Below are positions 44,483 to 55,164 of a stretch of 64,000 nucleotides of DNA, piece by piece. This stretch comes from Saccharothrix saharensis (lineage in GTDB: Bacteria; Actinomycetota; Actinomycetes; Mycobacteriales; Pseudonocardiaceae): NCBI RefSeq assembly GCF_006716745.1, contig NZ_VFPP01000001.1:5155386-5219385 (forward strand), in the 5' to 3' direction. The notes below the pieces were generated by a model. It was given only the letters and a program-made list of their open reading frames with translations, searched no databases and was not told the origin of the DNA. Numbering within the stretch: position 1 is the stretch's first letter; every line of letters begins with the position of its first letter. Position numbers and translations under genes: made by a program.

Positions 44483-45080
44483 CCAGGGGGAGGAACGCCT
44501 GGGTCAGCGGGCCGATGGTGACGGCGTAGAGCACCGTGCCCACGCCGATCGTGCCGCCGAGCAGCCAGCCGACCGCCAGCACGGTCACCTCGACCACCGT
44601 GCGCACCAGGCGCAACGAGGTCCCGGTCCGCGCGCAGAAACCGGTCGTGAGGCCGTCCCGCGGACCGGGACCGAGGCGGGCGCCGATGTAGACGGCGGCG
44701 GCCAGGCCGTTCAGCACGATGCCGGCGGCGAGGAACACGATGCGCGGCAGCAGGTCGGTGGGGTTCGGCAGGATCGCGAGCGTGACGTCGACGGCGACAC
44801 CGATGACGACCACGTTGCTGACCGTGCCGACCCCGGGTCTCTGCCGCAGCGGGATCCAGCAGAGCAGGACCACCACGCCGACAAGAGCCGTGATCAGGCC
44901 GAACGACAGGCCGGTGAGCTTGGTCAGGCCCTCGTGCAGCACGTCCCACGGGTCGAGGCCGAGGGTGGCGCGGATCTGCAGCGCCATGCTCGCGCCGTAG
45001 AGCCACAGGCCCGCGAGGAGCTGGGGGACGCGGCGGACGGGGGAGACGGTGACCGGGACCGGGGTGAGGGCGGCGAGCAT
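44451..45080 (-). CDS. YczE/YitT-like membrane protein
   Basis: Start at the internal ATG (MLAALTP..). 5-6 TM helices. Divergent from a MocR-type regulator, the usual arrangement. Confidence 0.5.
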   Translation of the reverse strand: MLAALTPVPVTVSPVRRVPQLLAGLWLYGASMALQIRATLGLDPWDVLHEGLTKLTGLSFGLITALVGVVVLLCWIPLRQRPGVGTVSNVVVIGVAVDVTLAILPNPTDLLPRIVFLAAGIVLNGLAAAVYIGARLGPGPRDGLTTGFCARTGTSLRLVRTVVEVTVLAVGWLLGGTIGVGTVLYAVTIGPLTQAFLPLVTWVSERPAS

Positions 45081-45141
45081 GTGGCCATCCTTCGTTCCGA
45101 TTGGCCTTGTATTCCAGAGCCAATCCGCAATAATTGGCCTT

Positions 45142-46602
45142 ATGAACCCCGATGTCCCGCCAGGTGGACGCATATCCGGCTTCCGACTGGCCCGACTGCT
45201 CGGTGAGTGGCGTCGCCGTGGCGCACGCCACGGCTCGGCTGACCTGGCCGCGGCGATCCGGATGCTCGTGCTCGACGGTCGGCTGCCCGCGGGGACGCGG
45301 CTGCCGGCGGAGCGCGAACTGGCCGAGGTGCTGCCGGTGAGCCGCACGATGATCACCGCGGCGCTGGACCAGTTGCGGTCGGAGGGGCTGGTCGCGAGCC
45401 GGCGCGGGGCCGGGACGTGGATCAGCCTGCCGACGGGGACGCTCGGGGTCGAGCCGGACACCCCGCTGGTGGGGCACAGCATGGTCGACTTCGCGCGGGC
45501 CGCACCACCGGCGCTGCCGGGCGTGCTGGCGGCGTTCGACCAGGTCAGACGGGTCCTGCCGGAGCACCTGGCCGACCACGGGTACTACGAGCACGGCCTG
45601 CCCGAGCTGCGCCGGCGCATCGCCGACCGGTACACCGCGCGCGGCCTGCCGACGTCACCCGACCAGATCGTGGTGACCAGCGGCGCGCAGCACGCCCTCG
45701 CCCTGACCCTGCGACTGTTCACCGGACCGGGTGACCGGGTGCTGGTGGAGCAGCCGAGCTACCCGAACGCGCTGGACGCGATCAAGGCCGTCTCCGCCAT
45801 CCCGGTGCCGGTCGCGATGACCGACACCGGCTGGGACCTGCCCGGCATCGCCGCCGCCCTCCGCCAAGCCGCACCGCGCATGGCGTACGTCGTGGTCGAC
45901 TTCCACAACCCCACCGCCCACCGCCTGGACGCCGAGGGTCGGGCCGAACTGGCCGACACGGCCCGCCGCGCCCGCACCCCGCTGGTGGTGGACGAGACCG
46001 TCGTCGAACTGGACCTGGACGGCGACCCGCTGGACGGCCCGCCGCCGATGGCGAAGTTCGCCGACGACCTCGTCGTGACCCTGGGCTCGGCCAGCAAATC
46101 GCACTGGGGCGGCCTGCGGATCGGCTGGATCCGGGCGTCACCCGAGGTGGTCCACCGCCTGATCTCCACCCGCACCGCGCTCGACCTGGGCTCCGCGGTG
46201 GTCGAGCAGCTGGTGCTGGCCGAGCTCCTCGCCGACCCCGAACCGGCCCTGCGCGACCGGCGGGCGCAGTTGGCGGCCCAGCGGGACGTGCTGCTGGCGG
46301 GGCTGCGCGAGCACTGCCCGACCTGGCGCGTCCGCAGGCCGGGGGGCGGGCTGAGCCTGTGGTGCGAGCTGGACGGTCCGGTGAGCACCCGCATCGCGGT
46401 CGTGGCCCAGAACCACGGCATCCGCCTGGCACCGGGGTCGCGCTTCGGGGTGCACGGCGGGTTCGAGCGCTGGTTGCGCCTGCCGTTCGTGCAGCCGCCG
46501 GAGGTCCTGCGCGACGCGGTCCGCCGGCTGGGGCTGGTCGCCGCGTCGGTGGCGGGTCCGGCGGTCCCCGCCGATGCCGAGCTCACCGTGCCGGTCGCCT
46601 GA
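45142..46602 (+). CDS. MocR/PdxR-family regulator (GntR HTH fused to a class I aminotransferase-like domain)
   Basis: N-terminal GntR HTH (LPAERELAEVLPVSRTMITAALDQLRSEGLV) followed by a ~350-aa PLP-fold domain. Confidence 0.8.
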   Translation: MNPDVPPGGRISGFRLARLLGEWRRRGARHGSADLAAAIRMLVLDGRLPAGTRLPAERELAEVLPVSRTMITAALDQLRSEGLVASRRGAGTWISLPTGTLGVEPDTPLVGHSMVDFARAAPPALPGVLAAFDQVRRVLPEHLADHGYYEHGLPELRRRIADRYTARGLPTSPDQIVVTSGAQHALALTLRLFTGPGDRVLVEQPSYPNALDAIKAVSAIPVPVAMTDTGWDLPGIAAALRQAAPRMAYVVVDFHNPTAHRLDAEGRAELADTARRARTPLVVDETVVELDLDGDPLDGPPPMAKFADDLVVTLGSASKSHWGGLRIGWIRASPEVVHRLISTRTALDLGSAVVEQLVLAELLADPEPALRDRRAQLAAQRDVLLAGLREHCPTWRVRRPGGGLSLWCELDGPVSTRIAVVAQNHGIRLAPGSRFGVHGGFERWLRLPFVQPPEVLRDAVRRLGLVAASVAGPAVPADAELTVPVA

Positions 46603-47266
46603 CGGGTCCGCTGTTCGGCTGGTGGCCCGTTCGCGCGACGGTCCGCGCGACGCCCCGCTCGGCGGGCAGCTCGGCGGTCAGCGCGGACGGAAGGCCGGGC
46701 TGGAGGCTCGACCACCAGGCCGGCCGGTGGCTTGGCCGGAGCTGCGGCTGATGCCGCGGCCGGTGGTCCGGGTGGTGGTCTCGCCAGTGGCGCTCCGGGA
46801 AGTCCGGGCGGCCGTCTTCTGGTCGGTGGCCCGTCCGACCGTCTCGCCACCGGGCTGGGTGGTGCCGGTGGCGGGGTGTGGGCGGGGGTGTGGTTGGCAG
46901 GGGGTCCTCATGTTCTAACCGAGGGGTGGTAACAGTGTTTCCGTACATTTTCGGGTGATGATCACCCGATTGTGTTTCCCGGCCGTCGGGTCCGGCGCAG
47001 CCCCTCGGTGTGCCGGAGCCCGACGGCGGTTCGTGGACCTGCGGCGGGGACGCTCCAGGGATTGGCGTCCCCTGCCGCAGGTTCCCGTGCGGTCCCGGCG
47101 CTCGCGGGGGCAGCGCGGCGACGGGACCTCACCCGTTCCTGCCAGGGCGCGGTTGGCAGGACGGGGAGCCTCGCGGTTGATGCGCGAACAGGTGTGATGT
47201 GTGAGAAAAGACCAAGTCAAACGGTGTGTGATCGCGTGTGCTCAGGGCACACGGGTCCCGTCTGAC

Positions 47267-48205
47267 TCAGTCGGGTGACGTGCTCGGCAGCCCCGGCACG
47301 CTGCCGGGGGTGCGGCCGTCGTCCCAGCGCTCGGCCGACCACGCGGCCAACGGCTTGGGGTCGGACTGGCCGGTGAGCGACACGAGCACGCCGCCCCGGT
47401 GGCCGCCGCCGCTGTCCGCGCTGCCCGAGGACGCCGTCGGCGCGCTCGGCGCGGGCGCCTGCTTCGGCGCGGGCGCGGGAGCGCTCGGTTGCGGCGCTTC
47501 CCAGACCACCTCGGCGTCCGGGGTGGCCGGCGGCACGGCCGGCGCGGGCGGGGTCAGAGGTGCGAACAGCGGCACGGTCACGGGGACCGGCGTGGCCGCG
47601 GGCACCGCGGTCGGCGTCACGGCCGTCCGGGCCTGGGCCTCCGCTGCACGGGCGGCGGCCTTCGCGGCCACCTTCGCCTCGAACAGCGGCACCGGCATCG
47701 TGTTCGACACCGCGCCCGAGTGGCTGTACCCGCCGTGGCTCCCGGCACTGCCCGCGTACTCGTAGCTCTCCTCGCCGGTGCTGTCCGAGTACGGGTCGGC
47801 GTCCGGGTAGCGGTAGACCTCGGGCTCGACCGGGCCGCTCATCACGGCCGGCGCGGCGGGGGCGAGTACGTCGGCCCCGGTCAGGTCGGCGGTGAACAGC
47901 GCGACCGCGGGGAACGACTCGAACGACTGAGCCGACTCGATCGGCTGAGGCTCGTGCGTGACGGTCGCGAACGGCGCGAGCTTCTCCGGCACGGCCTCGG
48001 CGACGGCCTGGTCGACGATCGCGGTCTGCGGTCCGCCGAACGCCGCGTTCACCGCGTCGAGCGTCTTCACCGCCTCGTCCGAGTGGTCCTCGCCCGCGGA
48101 CGCCACCCCGGCGCACACGAACCACGCCGCCGCCGCCAACCCGCCCACGGTGAGGGTCCGGAGCAGCAGCGATCCTCCGCGGCGCACCGCGTAGGGAGTG
48201 GCCAC
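47267..48205 (-). CDS. secreted Ala/Pro-rich hypothetical protein
   Basis: Signal peptide (LLLRTLTVGGLAAAAWFVCAGVASA), acidic YEY segment, PAPAP repeats. Confidence 0.45.
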   Translation of the reverse strand: MATPYAVRRGGSLLLRTLTVGGLAAAAWFVCAGVASAGEDHSDEAVKTLDAVNAAFGGPQTAIVDQAVAEAVPEKLAPFATVTHEPQPIESAQSFESFPAVALFTADLTGADVLAPAAPAVMSGPVEPEVYRYPDADPYSDSTGEESYEYAGSAGSHGGYSHSGAVSNTMPVPLFEAKVAAKAAARAAEAQARTAVTPTAVPAATPVPVTVPLFAPLTPPAPAVPPATPDAEVVWEAPQPSAPAPAPKQAPAPSAPTASSGSADSGGGHRGGVLVSLTGQSDPKPLAAWSAERWDDGRTPGSVPGLPSTSPD

Positions 48206-48767
48206 CGTGGATCACCACCGTTCCGGGCTGAAGCGAACGGGACGGACCGTTCGAGGTCGACGTTCTGCTATGTCTAGCACTGGGAACCGCATTTTCGAAC
48301 GTTCTCCGGCGGAAACCGCTCGGAAGGGCGGTGCGGTGCGGCTGTCCGTGTTGTTCCACCGGTGCGCGAACACAGTCCGTCGTGTCCACCTGATGGGGTG
48401 ATGGCGGGAAATGTCCGTTGTGGACTGGCGGGTGGTGTCCGCTGTGGACGCCTGACCGGCCACTTCGGCCACCACGGCCCATGACGCCCGATTGGGCGTC
48501 CCTCGGATGGGTGACAGTGAACGCATAGTCGCCCCGCTCCGAAGCAGGCGAAGCACAGGCCACCCGGCTCGGACCGCGCGTCCGCAAGCGTTTGCGCCGA
48601 GTCGGTCGCGACAACAGCAGCACCAATCCGGCCGCACTGCCGACAACACCAAAGGCTCTCGCACCCATTCGGCCAAGTCGTGCCCGCGCGGCAGTTCGTC
48701 CGCCGACGATAAATGCGAAAAGAATTCGCCCACATGCCCGACGCGTCCACCACGTCCCCCCGCGCCG

Positions 48768-49193
48768 TCACGCGACGAACCAGGGCGTGGCGTGGTCCGG
48801 ACCGCCGCCCCGCAGCACGCACCGCACCGGCCCGAACGGCACCCGCTCGACGTAGAACCACCCGGCCGCGTCCAGCGCCGACGTCACCGACCCGCCCGGC
48901 CACCGCACCACCGCGAACGCACCGACCCGGGCCGACCCGCTGACCCGCACCCCACCGCCGTCACGCGCAAGACGCAGGTCAAGCCCGCTGAACGTCACCC
49001 TCCGCGACCCACCCGGCGGGTCCACGAGGACCGAATCCGACAGCAACCGCAGCGGCAGGGCTTCGGTGCGCTCACGCAACGCGGCGCGCGCCCGGACGGC
49101 CACGCGCCGCGGCATCGGGTCGAAGCGGTCCACCACCGCGGCCAGGGCGTCGAGCAGCGCCCGGTCGCCGCACGCCCGCTCCACGCCGATCAC
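48768..49193 (-). CDS. hypothetical protein translationally coupled to the ECF sigma factor (possible cognate partner)
   Basis: GTG at 49193-49191 overlaps the sigma stop 49192-49190 (GTGA). No TM segment or zinc motif. Confidence 0.35.
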   Translation of the reverse strand: MIGVERACGDRALLDALAAVVDRFDPMPRRVAVRARAALRERTEALPLRLLSDSVLVDPPGGSRRVTFSGLDLRLARDGGGVRVSGSARVGAFAVVRWPGGSVTSALDAAGWFYVERVPFGPVRCVLRGGGPDHATPWFVA

Positions 49194-49747
49194 CGCGCCA
49201 CCCCGAGGCGGCGGCGCAGCAGGTCCAGGCACCGGCCGCGGGTGGCGCCCAGGCTGTTCACCGGCACCCCGACCGCCGCGGCGACCTGGGTGAACGACAG
49301 CTCGGGCGCGAACGCGGCCAGCCGCAGGATCTCCCGGCACCGGTCGGTCAGCGTCGCGTACGCCCGCCACAACCCGGCGTCACGGGCCAGCGCCACCTCC
49401 TCCGGCGTCGGCCCGCCGTCGGCGCGGTCGACGGGTTTCGCCAGCTCCAGCGGCACTTCCCGGCCGCGCGACCGCAGCACGGCGAGCGTCTCGCGCCGGG
49501 TGGTGGTGACCAGCCACGCGCCCAGCCGGTCGGGCCGGCGGATGCGGGCCAGGTTCTCGGCCAGCGCGAGCCAGGTGGCCTGGCAGACGTCGGCCGCGTC
49601 CTCCCGGCTCAGCCGGTGCGAGCGCGGCACCGCCCACACGAGGCGCGCGTAGCGGCGGACGATCTCGTGCCACGCGGCGGCGTCGCCGCGGCAGGCGTGC
49701 ACGAGCAGCTCGGTGTTCTCCCAATCTCGCATGCTCTTTGAGAGCAC
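49190..49747 (-). CDS. ECF-subfamily RNA polymerase sigma-70 factor
   Basis: Region 2 (LVHACRGDAAAWHEIVRRYARLVWAV) and region 4 HTH (SFTQVAAAVGVPVNSLGATRGR). Confidence 0.75.
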   Translation of the reverse strand: MLSKSMRDWENTELLVHACRGDAAAWHEIVRRYARLVWAVPRSHRLSREDAADVCQATWLALAENLARIRRPDRLGAWLVTTTRRETLAVLRSRGREVPLELAKPVDRADGGPTPEEVALARDAGLWRAYATLTDRCREILRLAAFAPELSFTQVAAAVGVPVNSLGATRGRCLDLLRRRLGVAR

Positions 49748-49820
49748 GGGTTCTGACCTGGGGATACCGTCGCCGCACGATGGTGTGGTCGAAGGAACCG
49801 ATGATCGTCGGGGTGCGTCG

Positions 49821-52007
49821 CTACTCGGTTCGCAGGCTCGCCGGGCGGATCGCCGAGCGCAGCGCGGGCAGCGTGCACAGCGACACCACGAGCACGGCGA
49901 CCGCCGCCGCGGCGACCGTGGTGGCGATCTCGGTCCAGTCGACGCGGAACCGCCCGGACGGGGCCACGAGCCAGGCCGTGCCCAGGCCGATCGGGATGGC
50001 CACGGCGAGGCCGAGCGCCGCCGGCACCGCCGACTGCCAGAGCGAGGACATCGCGAGCACCTTGGCCGGCACGCCGTTCGCGACCAGCACCGCGGTGGGC
50101 CGGCGACGTTCGAAGACCTGGTCCACGGCCGCCGCCGCGAGACCGATCACGGCGAGCAGGGTGAGCAGCACCGACCCGCCGATGACGCCGCTGCGCAGCG
50201 ACGTGAACAGCTCGACCTGACCCGCCGCGAACTGGCGGCGCAGCGTGACGCCCCGGTCGGTGCGGCCGGTGGCGGCGAGCAGGCGGTCGCCGAACGACTC
50301 GTCCGGGTCGCCTCGCACGACGAGCTCGGTCGGCGGCAGGGAGGCCAGCACCGGATCGGCTCCGCCGGCCACGACGAGCCCCCGGAACGCGCCCTCCGCC
50401 CGCTTGTGCGGCGGCACGACCCAGTCCTGACCGGCGACCTTCAGCCTGGTGCCGGGTGCGGGCCCGGACCCGACCAGGTACGCCGAGCCGTTCACGCAGT
50501 CCCGCACGTCGAGGCGTTCGGCGATCTCGACGCAGTCGGTGCTGGTGACGGTGGTGCGGTCGACGGTGGTGCGGTCGACGGTGTGCGTGCGCACCTCGCT
50601 GACCTGCCGCACGCCGCCGACGAGCGCGATCGCCTCCTCCAGCGGTCGCACCGAGGCGTGCGGCGGCAGGTCGAGCACCCAGCGGTCGGGTGTGTCCGTC
50701 GGTGGTGCGGCGGTGTACTGGGCCGCGACGCCGAGCAGCACCTGCAACGTCAACGAGCCGGTCAGCACGACGACGACGCCGGACAGCACGCGGGGCGTGC
50801 CCGCGTCGAAGCGCAGGGCGCGCAGGGCGAGCAGCGGCGCGATGCCGTTCGGCTCCACGCGGTGCGCGACCTCGCCGACGAGCCACGGCAGCACCGCGCC
50901 CGTGCCGGCGAGGACGAGCGCGATGCCCGCGCCGAGCCCGACCGCCAGCCGTGCGTCGGCCACCACCTGCCAGTAGCTGCCGATCAGCGAGATGACCACG
51001 ATCAGCGCCGCGCCCGCGCCGATCAGGGCGAACCGCCACCACGCCCGGCGGCGCGGCAGCTCGACGGCGCGGGACAGGCCGAGCGGGCCGACGTCCTCGG
51101 TGCGCAGGGCCAGCAGGGCCGACACGACGGCCACCACCGGCACGCCCACCGCGATCAGCGCGCCGAGCAGCGGGTCGGGCAGCAGGTCCGTGGGGAAGAA
51201 GCCGACGCCTTCCACCTCGATGAACCGGGCGAGCGGCCGGGCGGCGAAGAACAGGGCCACGCCGACGAACAGGCCGAGCACGGCCCCGGTCAGGGTCTCG
51301 CCGCTGGCGATCCAGCGGAGCTGGGTGCGGGACGCGCCGACCAGCCGGATCGCGGCCAGGCGCTGTTCCCGGCCGGTCGCGCCGAGGCGGGTGGCGACCA
51401 GCACGAAGATGCCCAGCGGCACGAGCAGGGCGCTGATCGCGGCGACCATGAGCAGCCGGTAGACCGGCGGCAGTGTGGGCGGTGGCCGGTCGCCGCCGAA
51501 CCCGGCGGCAGGGTGGGCGGCGGCGAGGTTGGCGTCGGCCAGGCCCGCGTAGAAGATCAAGGACTTCGGCCTGGGCAGGCCCGCGTCGGCGATCACGCCG
51601 ATGACGCTCTCCGGGAAGCGGGCGCGGACCGAGTCGTCGGTGCGCATCAGGTCGAGCAGCTCGGGCGAGACGACCAGCTCGCCCGGTCCGGGGATGCGGC
51701 CGACGCCGGGCGGCGCGGGTGCGCCGCTCGCGGTGGCGGCCAGTTCCACGCCGGTGATCAGGCGGCCCTGCCACGACACGCTGACGGGCCGGGCCCTCAG
51801 CGTCCCGCCCGCCGACGTCGGGTCGAGGGACGCCGCCTGCACGCGCTGCGACTTCGCCTCCCGCGCGGGGCCGACCGAGGCGGCCAGCAGCAGCACGGTG
51901 ACGCCGAGGCCGACGCCCGCGGCGGTGAGCGCCAACCTGGCCCACGACGTCCGGCTGCCCCCGACAGCCAGCCGGACGCCGAGGACCAGGTCGGCGAGCC
52001 ACCTCAT
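49821..52007 (-). CDS. FtsX-family ABC transporter permease (large, MacB-like)
   Basis: Start at the internal MRWLADLVLGVRLAVGG. Many TM helices and large extracytoplasmic loops. Confidence 0.7.
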   Translation of the reverse strand: MRWLADLVLGVRLAVGGSRTSWARLALTAAGVGLGVTVLLLAASVGPAREAKSQRVQAASLDPTSAGGTLRARPVSVSWQGRLITGVELAATASGAPAPPGVGRIPGPGELVVSPELLDLMRTDDSVRARFPESVIGVIADAGLPRPKSLIFYAGLADANLAAAHPAAGFGGDRPPPTLPPVYRLLMVAAISALLVPLGIFVLVATRLGATGREQRLAAIRLVGASRTQLRWIASGETLTGAVLGLFVGVALFFAARPLARFIEVEGVGFFPTDLLPDPLLGALIAVGVPVVAVVSALLALRTEDVGPLGLSRAVELPRRRAWWRFALIGAGAALIVVISLIGSYWQVVADARLAVGLGAGIALVLAGTGAVLPWLVGEVAHRVEPNGIAPLLALRALRFDAGTPRVLSGVVVVLTGSLTLQVLLGVAAQYTAAPPTDTPDRWVLDLPPHASVRPLEEAIALVGGVRQVSEVRTHTVDRTTVDRTTVTSTDCVEIAERLDVRDCVNGSAYLVGSGPAPGTRLKVAGQDWVVPPHKRAEGAFRGLVVAGGADPVLASLPPTELVVRGDPDESFGDRLLAATGRTDRGVTLRRQFAAGQVELFTSLRSGVIGGSVLLTLLAVIGLAAAAVDQVFERRRPTAVLVANGVPAKVLAMSSLWQSAVPAALGLAVAIPIGLGTAWLVAPSGRFRVDWTEIATTVAAAAVAVLVVSLCTLPALRSAIRPASLRTE

Positions 52008-52178
52008 CGGAACACGCCCTGGGTGCTCCGGCCGCCCGCGCGGGCGGTGTGGTGACGGTGGTGCGGATATGGGGTCACATCTCCTTAGACGCTTCGGAGC
52101 GCCCGAACGTGGCTTCGGTGTGCCGACCACCGGTGACGCCGCCGCCCCCGACCGGGGACGGCGACGTCCGCCGAGGAC

Positions 52179-54473
52179 CTACTCGGAGCGCAGGCCGAGG
52201 GCGCCGGTGGCGCGCCACAGGGACGGCAGCGACAGCAGGGTCACGATCACGACGAGCAGGGCGGCGGCGGCGCTGAGCACGCCGATGCCCGGCCAGTCGA
52301 GCACGACCGGCTGGGAGATGATCCGCAGCAGCAGGACCGCGAGACCGCCGCCCACGCCGACGGCCACGACCAGCGCCAGCAGCAGCGGCACGGCGTTCTG
52401 CCACAGCAGCGACCGGCCCAGCGCGCCGCGCGGGACACCGCCCGCCGCCAGCACGGCCAGTGGCCGCCTGCGTTCGCGGACCTGCTCCAGCGCGAGCACC
52501 AGCAGGCTCGCGCCCGCCAGCAGCAACGTGACCAGCGAGCCCGCCAGCAGCGCCTGCCGGATGCTCTGGAACTCCTTGATGCGGTCGGACAGGTCGACCT
52601 GCCCGTAGTAGGCCGCGTAGGCGCGCCACGTCATCGGCGCCACGGCGTTGCGGACGTGCTCGGCGATGTCGGGCCGGTCCGGGTCCACCCGCACGAGCAC
52701 CCTGGTGTGGCCCGCGGTCGCCGGCAGGTCCCGCACCAAAGACGGCGTGACGAGCAGCCCGGAGGCGCTCATCGGATCGTCCGCGGGCCCGGCGACCTCG
52801 GTGAACGCGGGCACCGTCCACTCCAGACTCGGCTCCTGCTCCTGGTCGTTCGCGAACACCGAAACTCGTTGCCCCGGCTGGGGTTCCGGCCGGTTGGAGC
52901 CGGGCACCTGCTCGACGCCGATGTGGAACGAGTCGCCGTCCGCGCAGCTCGGCAGCGCCGACACCGTCCGCAGCACCTCGCACGTGCCGACCGTCGCCGA
53001 GTAGTAGTCCTCACCGAGCTTGAACGCGACGGTCCGCAGCGGGTGCACCCGTTCCACGCCGACCGACCGCTGCAACAGGCCCACGGTCTGCTCGATCGTC
53101 TCGGGCGTCGACTCCTGCAGGACGACCGAGATCCGGGTCTGGTCGGCCTGCGGCAGGGGCCGGTCCACGACCTCGCTCTCCGCGCTGGCCAGCACCGACT
53201 GCAGCGCGATCCCGCCCGCCAGGACCACGGCCACGCCGCCGACCACGCGCGCCGCCGTGCCGCTCTCCAGCTGGAGCCGGCGGATCGCGAGCTGCCACGA
53301 CGGCGCGCCACCGCGCAACCGGCCCACCGTGCGCTCGACCACCCACGGCAGCAGCACCGGGATGCCCAGCAGCAGCAGGATGATCCCGCCGATGACGATC
53401 TCGGCGGACCCGCTGCTCACCGCGCCGCCGAACGCGCCGGCCTGGGTCAGCAGCGCCGCCGCGCCGAGGGCGATCGGCACCAGCCGCCACCACAGCACCC
53501 GCCGCACCGGCTTCGTCCGCCGCACCACGCCCAGCGGCTCGACCACCGTGCGGCGCATCGCGACGATCGCCGTCACCACGGCCATGACCGGCACCAGCAC
53601 CGCGATCAGCACCGCGAGCGGCAGCGACGGGGTCAGGTCGCTGACGAACACGCTGATGCCGAGGAGCTGGACGTGCTCGACGAACTGCCGTGCCGCGAAG
53701 AACAGCGCCGCGCCGACGGCCAGACCGACGACCGCGCCCAGCAACGCCTCGCCGGCCGCGATCCGCCGCACCCGCTGCGCGCCCGCGCCGACCAACCGCA
53801 ACGCGGCCAGCCTGCGGTCCCGCTCGGCGCCCGCCAGCCGGGTCGTGATGCCCACGAACACCAGCACCGGGAACAGCAGCGCGACCACGCCGACCATGAT
53901 CAGCAGGGACAGGATCGGGTCGAGGGTGCGCTCCTGCCGCTCGCCGCCGTACCGGACGACCACCTCGCCCGCGTCCCGCGTCACGGTCGAGTCGCCCGCG
54001 TAGAACACCATGTCGTCCGGCGCGTTCAGCCCCGCCTGACCGAGCGTGCCGATCACCTGCTGGGGGAACCGCTCGCGCAGCAGCGCGCCGTCCGGGGAGG
54101 CCAGCAGCTCCGCCAGCGCGGGCGACACGAACACCTCGCCGTCGCCGGGCACCCTCGACGTACCCGGTGGCACGGGCGCGTTCGGACCGGTGGCGTGCAC
54201 GAACCGGCCGGTGATCGTGTCGCCTCGGTACTCGGTGTTCCAGAAGATCGAGTAGAGCACGTCACCGGTCGCCTCGCGGTCGGTCACGGGCGAGGCCGCG
54301 GCCTCTCGCTCCGCGCGTTCGGACAGCACCGTCGTCACCGACGACGCGGCCAGCAGCACGGCCACCCCGATGCCGATGCCCGCGCCGGTCAGCGTCAGGC
54401 GCACCCACGAGGTCCGGCCGCCGCCGAGCGCCAGCCGGACGCCCAGCGCCAGGTCGGTGAACCACTGCCTCAC
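52179..54473 (-). CDS. FtsX-family ABC transporter permease (paralog of 49821-52007)
   Basis: GTG start overlaps the ATPase stop (GTGA at 54470-54473). Paralogous N-terminus VRQWFTDLALGVRLALGG. Confidence 0.7.
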   Translation of the reverse strand: MRQWFTDLALGVRLALGGGRTSWVRLTLTGAGIGIGVAVLLAASSVTTVLSERAEREAAASPVTDREATGDVLYSIFWNTEYRGDTITGRFVHATGPNAPVPPGTSRVPGDGEVFVSPALAELLASPDGALLRERFPQQVIGTLGQAGLNAPDDMVFYAGDSTVTRDAGEVVVRYGGERQERTLDPILSLLIMVGVVALLFPVLVFVGITTRLAGAERDRRLAALRLVGAGAQRVRRIAAGEALLGAVVGLAVGAALFFAARQFVEHVQLLGISVFVSDLTPSLPLAVLIAVLVPVMAVVTAIVAMRRTVVEPLGVVRRTKPVRRVLWWRLVPIALGAAALLTQAGAFGGAVSSGSAEIVIGGIILLLLGIPVLLPWVVERTVGRLRGGAPSWQLAIRRLQLESGTAARVVGGVAVVLAGGIALQSVLASAESEVVDRPLPQADQTRISVVLQESTPETIEQTVGLLQRSVGVERVHPLRTVAFKLGEDYYSATVGTCEVLRTVSALPSCADGDSFHIGVEQVPGSNRPEPQPGQRVSVFANDQEQEPSLEWTVPAFTEVAGPADDPMSASGLLVTPSLVRDLPATAGHTRVLVRVDPDRPDIAEHVRNAVAPMTWRAYAAYYGQVDLSDRIKEFQSIRQALLAGSLVTLLLAGASLLVLALEQVRERRRPLAVLAAGGVPRGALGRSLLWQNAVPLLLALVVAVGVGGGLAVLLLRIISQPVVLDWPGIGVLSAAAALLVVIVTLLSLPSLWRATGALGLRSE

Positions 54474-55160
54474 GTGACCGGCTCCATCTCGCGGGACCGG
54501 CCGTCGCGCACCACGACCTCGCGGTCGGAGTAGGCCGCCACCCGGGCCTCGTGCGTCACGAGCACCACCGCCGCGTTGGTCTCCTTCGCCGCGGTGACCA
54601 GCAGCTGCATCACGCGCTCGCCGTTGAGCGAGTCGAGCGCGCCCGTCGGCTCGTCGGCGAACACCACGCGCGGACCGGTGACCAGGGCGCGGGCCACGGC
54701 CACGCGCTGGCCCTGGCCGCCGGACGTCTCGCCGGGGCGCTTGTCCGCGACGTCGGCGACCTCCAGCCGCTCCAGCCACTCGCGGGCGCGGGACTCGGCC
54801 TCCTTGCGCTTCACCGAACCCAGCCGCAGCGGCAGCGCGACGTTCTCCAGGCAGCTCAGCTCCGGCACGAGCTGGCCGAACTGGAACACGAAGCCGAAGT
54901 CGGTGCGCCGCAGCTCGCTGCGCGCGCCGTCGCCCATCGCGCTGAGCTCCACGTCGCGGTAGCGGACGGTGCCCCGGTCGGGCGTGAGGATGCCCGCCAG
55001 GCAGTGCAGCAGGGTCGACTTGCCGGAGCCCGACGGGCCCATCACGGCGACCACCTCGCCCGCCAGCACGCGCAGGCCGGCGCCGTCCAACGCGGGGGTG
55101 GGGCCGAACGACTTGTGCAGGTCGACGGCTTCGAGCAGGGGTCGGGTGGTCGAGTCCGTG
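54470..55160 (-). CDS. ABC transporter ATP-binding protein
   Basis: Walker A GPSGSGKST, signature TSGGQGQRVAVARAL, Walker B VVFADEPTGALD. Start at MTGTDSTT. Confidence 0.85.
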
Positions 55161-55164
55161 CCGG

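Noticed and set aside
49713-54533. 780-aa (49713-52055+) and 625-aa (52656-54533+) ORFs antisense to the FtsX permeases
   Set aside because: Arg/Gly-rich nonsense translations. The minus-strand frames give polytopic permeases with a coupled ATPase.
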